64,000 nt of DNA. Source: Candidatus Latescibacterota bacterium. Its GTDB lineage: Bacteria; Latescibacterota; UBA2968; GCA-2709665. This document shows, in pieces, positions 28,374-38,916 of the stretch; positions within the stretch are counted from its first letter, which is position 1; each line of letters begins with the position of its first letter. Below the pieces are notes generated by a model that was not told the origin of the DNA, ran no database searches, and was given only the letters and a program-made list of their open reading frames with translations. The stretch covers positions 288,001 to 352,000 of the forward strand of contig CBDDDZ010000004.1 of NCBI GenBank assembly GCA_965226795.1, given 5' to 3'. Both the position numbers and the translations under genes were made by a program.

Positions 28374-31014
28374 TCAGAAGCGACCAATCTTCTGCGTCAA
28401 CTGCTCTCGAACGTCCTTTCCATCGACGATTTTCTCAGTGACCATAAACAGACCTTTACCCTCACTTGCTCGTTCCCACAATGCGCCAATAGTCCGCTTC
28501 TCAGCCGTATCCCTCCCATCCGCTATATGCGCACCTTTATATTCGACGACAAGAAGACGCCCATCCTCCAATTGCGCGACGAAGTCTGGATAGAATTTCC
28601 CGGTCGCGATCGGCAACCAGAACGAGTCCGCATGACGCGCCACGTTGCGAATCCAGAACGTCACTTCCGTGAGGCTGTCGATGACCTGGGCACACTGAAC
28701 CTCCTCGCCGGTTTCGGCGCCGTCAAAGGCTGGCACATCATCGGAACCTAAAAAGTGTTTCACAGGTTTCCACTGGCCACGAAATCGCTGTTGGTCGCGA
28801 TACATTCCCGCCCGGAACGAGAATCCGGTTTCGAACGAGACCTCAACTCTGGAACCGGACGCGAAGAGATAGCGCTGGTATATGCTGTGCCGTTCCTCTT
28901 GGCGGATGCGGTTGATCTTATCCTGAATCTTTCTGGCAAGCAGAAATTTGCAACGCATCAGCGCGGAAATACGCATGCCTCGAGCGATAACCAGATAATC
29001 AACCGATTCACGCAGCCATTTAAGCAGTTCGCGCTGATGAATATCCATTTGGCGCACCTGCCGGTCGAGCCACAGAACTAGCGCTTCTGGAGTCCACCCT
29101 TCCACGTCGACGTTAAGCGCCAGTTGTTCCTCCGCATTGACGAATTGGTAGGTCACACGTTTACCGTCGAGATCGATCTCGAAATTTCGTGCCGTTTCGC
29201 GAATCGTGAACTCGTTATCGTACATATTCGGCGAATGGTCGAGCAGCGACCAGTCGTGATATTCCATAAACACATCTGTGTCCGCGATCCCCAGTGTACC
29301 CTGAACATCCGACATAAGGCGCGGAACCTCGAATTTCCGCCCCTGTTCCGCCGGTGGGATACGGTTCCGGGCCTTGATCCGATACGTCGCAACGGCACAG
29401 GCAAATGCTGTTCGCTCCGACACAGGCAGAGTTTCACAAATGGCCTTCTCACGGCCATCATCGATCCACCCGGTAATCGCAATCTCGACCTTCCCTTCAG
29501 CAGATTCGCGCACCAATATCCCCTCGTGGGTGGCTTCCTTGAGCGCGTACCGGACTTCCGGCGTTGCCGTAATTTCGTGCGTGAATACCTGCTCAGCCTT
29601 CCCCTGCACGAGATAGAGGTCGCCCGAATCGTCGAAACTGCTCTGAACGGGTTCGATATGTTCACGGGCTTCGTCTTCCTCAAAACCCATAGCCACCAGC
29701 CTATCGGCTAGCCCGAGCGCAGCCTGTCCAAAAGTCGGTTCAGACAGGAAGGCATACGCTTTGTTGAGATCGGCAACCTTTCGTCGTTTGGCGTAGGGCA
29801 TCCGAAGCACGCGACCGAGTAGCTGCTCCACGTCCTTCGCGCTCTGAATACGGGACACGGAGCAGAAGACGTACGCGAATGAGCAGTCCCACCCTTCTTT
29901 GAGTGCCTCGACCGTTATGACGTATTCGATGGGACAGGCCCGATCGAAGAGGTCGATGCCATCGAGTTGCCGCTGGTCGCCCGTGGCTACGGCAATCTTG
30001 GGTTCCGGAATTTGCTCAACGTCAACCAAATGGGCCTTGAGTACCTCAACCGTCACTTCCTGATTCCTCGGTTGGGCTTGGAACAGAACGATTGGACGGA
30101 TGTATTCGGCATCATCACAAGCCTTTGCTGACAGGGCGGTGCGTGCGGCCACGGCCCCGCTAACCGCACTCTGCCAGGTGTCGAATTCAGACAGCGAGAT
30201 CGGCAGCTTAATCATTTCCTCGCGTTTGAGTTCCTGCGCGGAAACGCTGTGCAAGATGTTCGATCCGGGCCGTGGGGTAGCCGTAAACTCGACAATCGCG
30301 CACGGGTTGACCCGCGCCTGCATCTCCCGGGTCAGGCCGGTAACCGCGTTGTGAGCCTCGTCGACGACCATAAGAGGGCGGTGAAGATGCAGTAGGTTGG
30401 CGAAGGAAAACTTGATTCCGCCTGTTACCAGCGTCTCCAACCCTGACAAGGGATTCGGCATTGCGGCGAAATGCGGTTCCATTTCCTCGTTGTGCGCGTA
30501 GACTTTACGCCCTCGGTAGTTCGCACCCTCAGAGTTTGGATCGTGCCGACCACAATGCAACACTTACCACGAATGTCGTGCGGTCGGATGTGGGTGAAAT
30601 CCGCGATGTCGAATACATGCACCCTTCCCTCAAAGGCTTCGTCCAGCACTTCCCGATAGGCGTGGCGCGGGTTCTTCAAGGCCTCGACCGTCTGCCGGCG
30701 GATCGTATTTGTCGGCACCAGCCAAAGCACCAATGGATAGTCCTTCTCAACCCAAGCGTCGCGCACCACGGCCAAGGCATGTGCGGCGAGGATCGTCTTG
30801 CCACCGCCGGTGGGCAGGCGCAGGCAGACGTAGGGAACGTCCGGCAATTCTTCTAACGGTACATAAGCTCCGGTGTAGCCCCCCCAAGCCGCCCGGCCTG
30901 TTCCGGTTCTCTTGTAATCGCCTCGTAGGCGTTCTTGGGTCCGGCTACTCGCGCTTCCTCAAAAAACCGGCGCAGAACGGAGAGCGTGTCGGCTTGATAT
31001 CGTTTCAGCTGCAT
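28374..31014 (-). pseudogene. Type III restriction (Res)-like DEAD/DEAH helicase-nuclease with two frameshifts (~30880, ~30511)
   Basis: Starts MQLKRYQ at 31014; LRLPTGGGKT, VVDEAHN, ALKEGWDC, QLLGRVLR, C-terminal FYPDF...VEYKG; split over three ORF segments. Confidence 0.88.
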
Positions 31015-31036
31015 GGATCAGGTCCGTTAACTCCCT

Positions 31037-31570
31037 TTATGACAACGGCGAGTTTGAAAGCGTGGCGTCTTCTTCGAGGCCGAGGTCGCGCAACAGAAAC
31101 CTGGCTTTGTCGATCCGTCCACCCGTCGCTTTGAGAGGCTTGCGCATTTTCAACTCTTCGATGGCCCGTTCAGCGTATCCCTCTCTCCTCAGATAGACAA
31201 TGGCAGCCGCGAGCTCCAAAACGGTATCCGATGTCTCCGCCATCTTCTGTAATCGTTCACGGGCATCGGTAGCCGACAGCTCACCCAGGTTGTCCGGATC
31301 GTCATCAGACGCTTTCTGTTTGAAACTCAAATACGAAACATCGTACCGGCCGAGCTTTTCCTCGATTTCAATCCGACCTTCGGCCTGTGCGTCCTCCCAT
31401 CCATCGGCAAGCTCGAAGGAGTAAGGACCGCTATAGTGATACGCAAACGAGAGCTCAAATTTCGCCCCGCAACGATCCAGAAGGTAGGCTTCTCTCTGCA
31501 GCCGTGTCTGGCCGTTCAGTTCCCGACCGTTCAGTTTAACCAAATTGACCACGACGTCTCGGGCATTCAT
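31037..31570 (-). CDS. YwgA-like protein (partner of HD phosphohydrolase)
   Basis: GQTRLQREAYLL...FAYHYSGPYSFEL...LELAAAIVYL; overlaps the HD gene stop. Confidence 0.68.
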   Translation of the reverse strand: MNARDVVVNLVKLNGRELNGQTRLQREAYLLDRCGAKFELSFAYHYSGPYSFELADGWEDAQAEGRIEIEEKLGRYDVSYLSFKQKASDDDPDNLGELSATDARERLQKMAETSDTVLELAAAIVYLRREGYAERAIEELKMRKPLKATGGRIDKARFLLRDLGLEEDATLSNSPLS

Positions 31571-32919
31571 GGATTGACCTCCTTCAAAATCTGACTGATT
31601 TCCTCTATCTGGCTTTGATCCGGTGCGTAAACCCGCTGAATACGCTCCGCGTCACGAAGCGCAGGGACGATGGGGGACACATTGGCAATGTCCCTCGGTT
31701 CTTGATCCTCGGCGCGTGTTTTCACCAAAACTTTATTGAGTGCCGACGAATCGTCAAAATCGTACCATCTGTAGAACACGACCTCCGCGTCGTCTAATAG
31801 AAGGCTGTCATATTCCTTGTAATCAGCTCTCAATTTACGCCGGGAGCGAGTGTACAGATTGCCCTGTGGCTTGTCCCGAATGCCGATATCGAGACACTTG
31901 TAAAGCCGTCGGTCACGAAGACGGCTTGCCAACTCAGCTATGTGAGTGTGGGATGAAGAAGCAAGAGCCGCCACGGTGGCCCAAACTGAGGCATCGTCGA
32001 GCTTGAGATACGAACTCAACGAAGGCGATTCGGACATTAAAAAATCCAACACTGGATCCTGTTGCACCCATTTATCCTCTCCTAGATCCTTCATGCAGAT
32101 CCTCAGCAAAGCCTCGAACATTTTCTCAGCGCCCCTCGTAGTCTTGTGCATATAGACCGCCTTGTAGAGGCGGAAACGGGCTTCCAAGTACTCCTCCGCG
32201 ACCTGCACACCCTTGAAATTGAGATACAGACACTGCACTTCGACCGGTCCATCCATTTCAATAGTAACCGGTCCGGCCTCAAGGCAATCAAGCAACCAGC
32301 TACAATCGAGATGCGCGAACTCGACTCCAGTCATCAGGCGATCCCGCTGCAGGTAGTCGAGCCGGTCGGCGTCGAACTGACTGGAGACAATGGTGGCGTA
32401 GATGTCCTTCGGCTCTTCCTCCTTTATAAGCGCGCTGATGTCCCCCGGCAGCCCCGTGTCCACCTCTTGCAATACGCTCTTGACCTCCGTATCGCCCTGG
32501 AGGATCTCCGCACTCCAATCCTCATGGCGTTTACTCAAGCCCGTGGCCTGAGCCGCATGTTCGAAGACGTGACTCAAAGGCCCATGCCCGATATCGTGCA
32601 GTAGTGCGGCCAACAGCGCCACCCTTGTTCTGTTCTCGTCAAACTCCTGGTTCTTTAGACAGCGTCTGATTACGTCAACGATTCGACGCGCAGTGTGATA
32701 GACGCCGACAGCGTGTGCAAAACGGCTATGTGTCGCGCCGGGATATACCAGGTCGGAGAAACCCAAATGACGGATTCGGCGCAGCCGTTGGAACTCGGGT
32801 GTATTGAGCAAACGCCACGCGATCTGGTCCGTCTCATTTTGGGCTTTGTCGTTCCCGTCCCCGAACACAATCAGCCCATGGACCGGGTCGCGGATGCGCC
32901 ATGTATTTCTATCGTTCAT
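31567..32919 (-). CDS. HD-domain phosphohydrolase (YwfO/SAMHD1-like dNTP triphosphohydrolase family)
   Basis: IRDPVHG, FQRLRRI.HLG, VYPGATHSRFAHAVG, LLHDIGHGPLSH, DADRLDYLQRD, VYMHKT. Confidence 0.9.
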   Translation of the reverse strand: MNDRNTWRIRDPVHGLIVFGDGNDKAQNETDQIAWRLLNTPEFQRLRRIRHLGFSDLVYPGATHSRFAHAVGVYHTARRIVDVIRRCLKNQEFDENRTRVALLAALLHDIGHGPLSHVFEHAAQATGLSKRHEDWSAEILQGDTEVKSVLQEVDTGLPGDISALIKEEEPKDIYATIVSSQFDADRLDYLQRDRLMTGVEFAHLDCSWLLDCLEAGPVTIEMDGPVEVQCLYLNFKGVQVAEEYLEARFRLYKAVYMHKTTRGAEKMFEALLRICMKDLGEDKWVQQDPVLDFLMSESPSLSSYLKLDDASVWATVAALASSSHTHIAELASRLRDRRLYKCLDIGIRDKPQGNLYTRSRRKLRADYKEYDSLLLDDAEVVFYRWYDFDDSSALNKVLVKTRAEDQEPRDIANVSPIVPALRDAERIQRVYAPDQSQIEEISQILKEVNP

Positions 32920-32998
32920 GCAGCCTCCGCTTGAACGCTCTCATATTTTCGACGGTGTGACGACGATTATAAACCACGCCCAAGCACATGATCCCCAC

Positions 32999-34642
32999 TT
33001 AGTTCCTTGTCTTCACGTCGTAGGGTGTCTGCCTGAAGACGATGCCCTCACGGTCGAGTGTTGACGGCGTCAAGCGCGACTGCTCGCCATAGACCGTCAG
33101 CGGCCCGGCGAAATCAGCATCCTTGCGCGCGATCTCCCCCCGAATCACAGCAAGCGTCCTTCGGGTCAAGACATTGCCACCGCCCTGTTTCTTGTCGCCC
33201 ATGATGCCGTTGTACAGCAGGGCATAAGCGCGACCGTCGTGCAGACCGAGGAATGGTGAGTCTCCGTTTCCGTCCCACGGACGCCCGGTCTCGCTGAAAT
33301 AGACGTGGGCGGCCAGCACGGAAAACCGGATATCCGAGCGAATATGCCCTTCCTCGTCGAACACGGGCGGGCCGAGGCGATAGTAGCGAAACCCGCCACC
33401 ACCCTGCCAGCCGACGCTCTTGGAGATACCGCCCTGCTCGCCGTCAATGACTTTCCGCAGACGCGGAACGCAATGGCTGACGGCGTGCTCGCCCATCTCG
33501 ATGCCGATATACCGCCGGCCCATCTTATGCGCCACGGCCGCGGTGGTGCCGGAGCCGAGGAACGAATCAAGAACGAGATCGCCGGGGTTGGTGAAAAGCT
33601 CAAAGACACGCTTGATGAGAGCTTCCGGCTTCTTGCCTTTCGGAAACTTCACGCCACCTTCATTGTGAAGATTGTTTGATCGAAGATCGTCCCAAAGATT
33701 GGTGAGTGGTTCGCCCGATACCAACTCGCCATCGATGTTCTTGAGCTTTTCGCGATAAAATAGCCAGCGCTTACCATTACGCAGGTAGATATCAGAATAG
33801 CCCTGTCGAACTTGAAGAAATACCCGGTTCGGATTATCCCGTGAAGTGTCAATCAATTTTCGGGTCTCTTGACCTACGCCATCATATGCAGGCGGTACCG
33901 GCTGAACGACCCGATCTGCATTCTTAAGCACAAATTCGTCAAGCGCGATCTCATATTGATCGCCGAGGCGTCTTTTCTGTTCACGCGGCGTTTCGCCCAA
34001 TGCCCGTGCAAAAGCCTGTGAAAGCGGAATGAGCCGCCAATTTGGATAGTCATCCTCATGGTTTTCTATGAAAGACGCATATCTAACATCGCGTCCGCGC
34101 TTGGTGAAAACCCGATTGGGCTTCCAGCTGTTGGTTTTATCCCGTGCGTAAATGACTATGTAATTAGTAACAGTAACGACGCCGGGATTGATAGCTTTGT
34201 GACCGACTGCTGCTGCCTGAAGAAATGTGCAGATATTGATACGATTCTTTCTGCCGAAGATTTCGTCGAGCACCACGATGCAATAGGCGAGTTCCTCATC
34301 GTCAAGGTGAATTGCTATCGTACCAGTTGGTGCGAGTAAGTCGCGTAGCAGTTCGAGGCGGGCATACATTATACCAAGCTAGATTGCGTGCTCAATATTG
34401 TCGTCATAATGCTGAAACGCCTGACCCGTGTTAAATGGCGGGTCTATGTAAATACATTTCACTTGACCTGCATTGAACGGCAGCAGCGCCTTCAGTGCTT
34501 CCAGATTGTCCCCCTGGATGAGCATGTTACCGTCGTCCAATTCGCCGGTGGAAAGGTCGGGGGCTTCTTCCAGCAGGCGATAGGGTACGCGGGCAGCGGC
34601 GTGGATGTCAGCGTCCCGAGTCAGCCAATTCAGTGTCGGCAT
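32999..34642 (-). pseudogene. Type III Mod-like N6-adenine DNA methyltransferase with in-frame TAG at 34379-34381
   Basis: QGDNLEAL, YIDPPFNTG, EHAI*LGIMYARLE (read-through is in frame), KPEALI, LDSFLGSGTT. Confidence 0.88.
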
Positions 34643-34797
34643 AGTTTATCATTCGGGTTTGGCGCCCGTTTCCCTGGGTCGCATTGTAATCTTGGTGAGC
34701 TTGTCTTCGAGTACCTTATAGATTGGGTCACTAACTTGCTTTACAGTCTGGCGTGCTTCCAAAAAAGAGGGGTTCATTGTCTAAGATCCGCGGTATG

Positions 34798-35890
34798 TGT
34801 CAAGTAAAATGAGACACGTATCCCCGAAAATTAAGGAAGTTTTTCGTGAGTTGCGTGGTGTGTCGTGGGTTTATTAATCCAGACGGCGTCGGGCAAGGCC
34901 GGCGGCGTGGGCAGCCCTCCAAGAAAGCGTTTCGGGTGAGTCGCGTAAGCAGTGAGTAGCGTCTGCTGACGGGCTTGCTGAACGTGGGGGCGAGTCCATT
35001 GTGCACCTGTGCAGGCGTCATCAAGCCCAACCCGGTGTGATGATGCTGGAAATTATACCAAGAGAAGAAGGGTCGTGCCCAGGTTCTGGCATCCTGCAGC
35101 GCGCCAAAGCGATCCGGATAATCCGGTCGATATTTCATGGTTTTGTATTGCGCCTCTGAATAGGGATTGTTATTGGGTACGTGGGGCCTGGCGTGGGATT
35201 TGGTGACGCCCAGATCCGACAGCAACAGGAGGTGGCTTTTGGAGATCATCGGACCGCCCCGGTCTGAATGAATGGTCAATTGCTCACCATCCAGCCGAAG
35301 ACAAATCGGCTGAAGATGTCCAGTAGGACATACAAATAGAAATAGGTCCATTTGACCGGTCCTCTCAACTTGGTAATATCTCAACTCCACAGTTGGTTGG
35401 CACCTTGGACCAACAGTTCCGACTTCTTGTAGGTCGGATGGGAAAGCTGGTTACGTCGCTCACGCACCGGGTCGTGGGGTCGTGGGCCTCGAGGATACGA
35501 TACATAGAGTGCCAAGAGCACAGATACGTGCCTTCATCCAACAATTGTGCCAATACCTGGCGGGGTGCGGCATCCTGGAAGCGCTCGCTGTTGAGCACGT
35601 CCAGAATTTGCGCGCGTTCCTGCTCCTTTAGGGCACGTGTAGGTAACCGCCTGTCGCGGGACCGATCGGGTCGAGGCTTGTGCACCCTTGCCCGGTGTCG
35701 GTAAAGACTGACCCTGGACACACCGAGGACCTGACAGGCACGCACGACGCCCACTGTTGTGGCCAACTGGCTTGGCGTGCGACCCGACCGAACCAGCGCG
35801 ACCATCTGACGCCGGAACTCCAACGGATAAGGGGATGTGTTCTTGGCATGGTGTGCCTCCTTTCTCCAAAGGCATAAGGTACCGCCCATA
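34798..35890 (-). mobile_element. Degraded, apparently chimeric IS3-family insertion sequence
   Basis: orfA-like MPRTH/YPLEFRRQMVALVRSGRTP after AAAGGAGG; ACQVLGVSRVSLYR; HSDRGGPM, NNNPYSEAQYKTMKY, WYN..HHHTGLG.TP; TGTCAA...TGAGACA end at 34798; multiple frameshifts. Confidence 0.8.
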
Positions 35891-35961
35891 CTGGGTCAAG
35901 TCTGGTCCGCCTTCAAAGAATCTCCAAGGTGTACCCGCCGAGAAAACCATGAAAAACTGTG

Positions 35962-36159
35962 TCATTTGGCGATTACTCCAGTCTTTGTGTCTCCATTTGA
36001 GCCGCACACACGGTAGGTTTTGCGATTTGGCTCGCGTCGGAGGAAGGAGAAAGTATCGGCTTCACGTTTTGCTGCGATCAGCCAAGTGACGAAAGCGATA
36101 ATTAGCGCGGCTACTATACCACCAGAAAAAATCTTGATCAAATCCATAATACACTCCAT
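35962..36159 (-). pseudogene. Small membrane-anchored hypothetical ORF, probably broken by the IS
   Basis: N-terminal TM segment; low GC; adjacent to the IS end. Confidence 0.35.
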
Positions 36160-36292
36160 CTGGCGTAACAGGTAACGGGCGGTATTTCGGGCGGCGCTCG
36201 TTCGCCCTCTCCATTGTTCTCTTTTTTTAAGGGAAATTGTCTCATTAATATAGGCACAAAGGGATCCTGTACCTCAGACAGTACGCCACGGC

Positions 36293-37472
36293 TCAACGCA
36301 CCCAGCCAGGCCAGGCATCGCAAAGTCCTAGAACATGGTTTAGAGTGCAAGTTGGTTGTATCTTGGAGAATCCTCGGTGCGTGAGAACCCATTCGGTAGC
36401 GAATCCAAATACCCCTGACGGTAACGGAACCTCCGCCCCTGGATTGTAAAATAGCTGCCAGGGATCGTCTGAACCGCAGAGTGTCCACAAGTTTAGCCGT
36501 GGCTTAAATAAAACCGCACACACGTGCCGATTTTTGGGGTTCCATGGCGACCCGAACAATCCGTCAAATTTGTGCGTTGTTCTCGCTTTGACTTCGGAGT
36601 CTGGAGGGTTACTGCACGGCATTACAGTCTTTCGCCCGAACAAAGCTCTACGCAAGTCACTGCAATCCGCATACACGACCCCTGAGCCGACTACGATTAC
36701 ATAGGGCGACCGAGGGCGGTATTTAGAGGCTTTCGCTTTGAGCGCACTCCTAAGCTTGTCGTCGTCATGGCGCCAACCCCCGCTGACTTCCACGCCGATC
36801 GCGCGATCATCACCTATTTCACGGGTTTCGGAACCAACCGGAATTGCGGTTACTCTTACTTTCCAGCCTTCTCCGAACTGGATTTCCTTCTCGCGTATGC
36901 TTGATGTACGGTCCAGACCTGCCTTTTCCTCATTCGGGTCGACGGACGCTATCCATCTCTCTATCTTACTACAAAGTTGACTGGATTTCGGCTGTTTGCG
37001 GCCTTCCGCAATAAGCTCCCATTCTAATTTAAAACCCGTTACGTCAATGGAATCGACCGCTTTTTTGATTGTGTCTTCCCTTTGGTTCGCGTTGCAAATC
37101 ATCGTCAGACTCCTGCACGACCGTGCATTCCACGATAATTCTTACGCCCTTGTAGGTTAATGCAAAGTCCGGAGTCGTCTTGTCTAAGACCTGGTCCACT
37201 TGCACGCCGGTTCCGACGGCGCAAAGAACCTCGTGAATTGATAGCTCTAGCAGTGCCCCCAGATGTTGCAGATCATCTCCTTGAAACCTGCTCCGAATAT
37301 CGCTACGCTTTTTTTTCGGAAGCCTGGCAAACCATGATTCGAGCGTACTCCGGGCTCTTTCTTCTGATACCCGGGCCGAACGGTTCAGGTAGTCGAATTG
37401 GGACTCGCCGCGGCCTGCGAAACCCGCGTCAGTACGTTTCATACGATCAAACAATCCCGTATCAATAGACAT
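36293..37472 (-). pseudogene. Hypothetical PD-(D/E)XK-like nuclease-fold protein, frameshift near 37090
   Basis: MSIDTGLFD...GALLELSIHEVL...TPDFAL...IVECTV continues as NANQREDTIKKAVD...LKAKASKY in another frame. Confidence 0.6.
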
Positions 37473-37626
37473 ACCCTGTATCCCTTCGGCGTTACTTTCT
37501 CTCAAACGGATAGTCTCTTGGCCTTTTTCGGACTCTTCCGACCCGCACCTGAATAGCACGCTTTGAATGCTTACCAACCAAGGATTTCCGCCAAGATCAT
37601 CGTGCTTCAACAGCGGCTGCCACGCG

Positions 37627-37713
37627 GACGTGAACCTTGGCGTTGATCTGTTCACCGGTCGCGCCGTCAATGATATGCCCTCGCAGGATGCCCATGGTAA
37701 ACTCCCGGGTTGG
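37627..37713. repeat. 87-bp perfect direct repeat, copy 2 (orphan 5' end of the CehA-like gene)
   Basis: Encodes MGILRGHIIDGATGEQINAKVHV, then diverges and stops at 37597. Confidence 0.95.
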
Positions 37714-37934
37714 GGTGCATACGTTCAGGAAGATTTCTAATGATGCAAGCCACACGCCGAATGGTTGCGTCAAGTTACAAAAGCGTCCTGGCTTCCGCAT
37801 CAACGGACGACGGATTTCCTTCCCTTCAATCGTTTCGCACGCACACGGAGTCAATACTTCCTGCAAAGATTGTGATGCAGTCGTCGTCCGGGGAGAGATG
37901 CCGTACCCGATGAGCATGTTGCCTGCATGCCCGC

Positions 37935-38718
37935 CTACCTGCCAAAGGCTTTGGCAAAGATCAGAAAATCGCCAAATCCAATGGCGCCGTCCCCGTCTAA
38001 ATCATAACCCGTATCATACCCGGCATCGCCAAAATTCAACCCGAAATGCGCGGCAAACTGCAAAAAGTCGGCGAAGTCAACGGCGCCATTGTCATCAAAA
38101 TCCGCATTGGCGATTTGTGGGGTAATGTACGGTGACGTATCCCACAGCACAATCGTGTTGTCCTGACTTCCACTGGCGAGGATCCTCCCGTCAGGTGAGA
38201 ACGTCAAGAAATGAAGATTCATACTCTGCCCTCGCAGTGTGGCTTTCTCCTGGCCGCTGGCCACATTCCACAATAGAATATCCACAAGACAAACTGCGAG
38301 TGTACTTCCATCCGGAGAGAACGAAAGGGAGACGGGAACACTTATATATCCCTGTAGCGACGCCTTCTCCTTAAGGCTGGCTACATCCCACAACCGAACG
38401 ACTCCGCCGGGCACTGGCCAGGGTTCTACCGTCCGGCGAGAACGTCACGGACCTAACCCAACTCTCATGCCCCGTCAGTCTGGCCTTCTCCCTGCCGCCG
38501 GCCACATCCCACAATCGAACCGTGCTGTCCCAACTCCCACTGGCGAGTGTACTCCCGTCCGGCGAGAACGACACGGACCAAACCCGACCGGTATGCCCTC
38601 GCAGTGTGGCGCCGCGTTCGGGCAAACTGATGGGGTTATTTTCTTGAGCGAGGCTGTTCTGCACCAACAGGACACAGACAAACAAGAGGGTAAAATGAAA
38701 CGTATAGCGATTTTTCAT
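37935..38718 (-). pseudogene. Secreted WD40-repeat protein with C-terminal dockerin/EF-hand-like domain; frameshift ~38410
   Basis: Signal peptide; four GH...SFSPDG.TLAS...LWD repeats; ADFDDNGAVDFADF...DLDGDGAIGFGDF. Confidence 0.8.
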
Positions 38719-38863
38719 CCGACACCTCTTTCTTTCGCTGAATGTGGACGCATCGGCGGTTTCTTAAGTGTAACACGCTGACCAAACACGATATTTCGCC
38801 TGGAATTTTTCATCAGTCCGAACGTCTTCGGCCAATCCAACCGTTCATCAACCCATCGCAGTT

Positions 38864-38898
38864 CCCCCTTCCTCTCAGGAAGGGGGCCAGGGGGTAGG
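38864..38898 (+). repeat. Intergenic palindromic element
   Basis: CCCCCTTCCT-ctc-AGGAAGGGGG followed by CCAGGGGGTAGG. Confidence 0.5.
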
Positions 38899-38916
38899 TC
38901 TCGTCTGTTTCCGGCC

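Larger units (their letters stand above)
28223..37713. mobile_element. ~9.5 kb defence-type genomic island bounded by 87-bp direct repeats; no integrase inside
   Basis: Flanking perfect repeats; cargo of RM-like, HD, nuclease-like and IS genes; patches of lower GC. Confidence 0.75.

Noticed and set aside
34379..34381. TAG read-through or alternative genetic code in mod
   Set aside because: TAG serves as a normal stop elsewhere (P1, P3, selD); a nonsense mutation fits the broken res.
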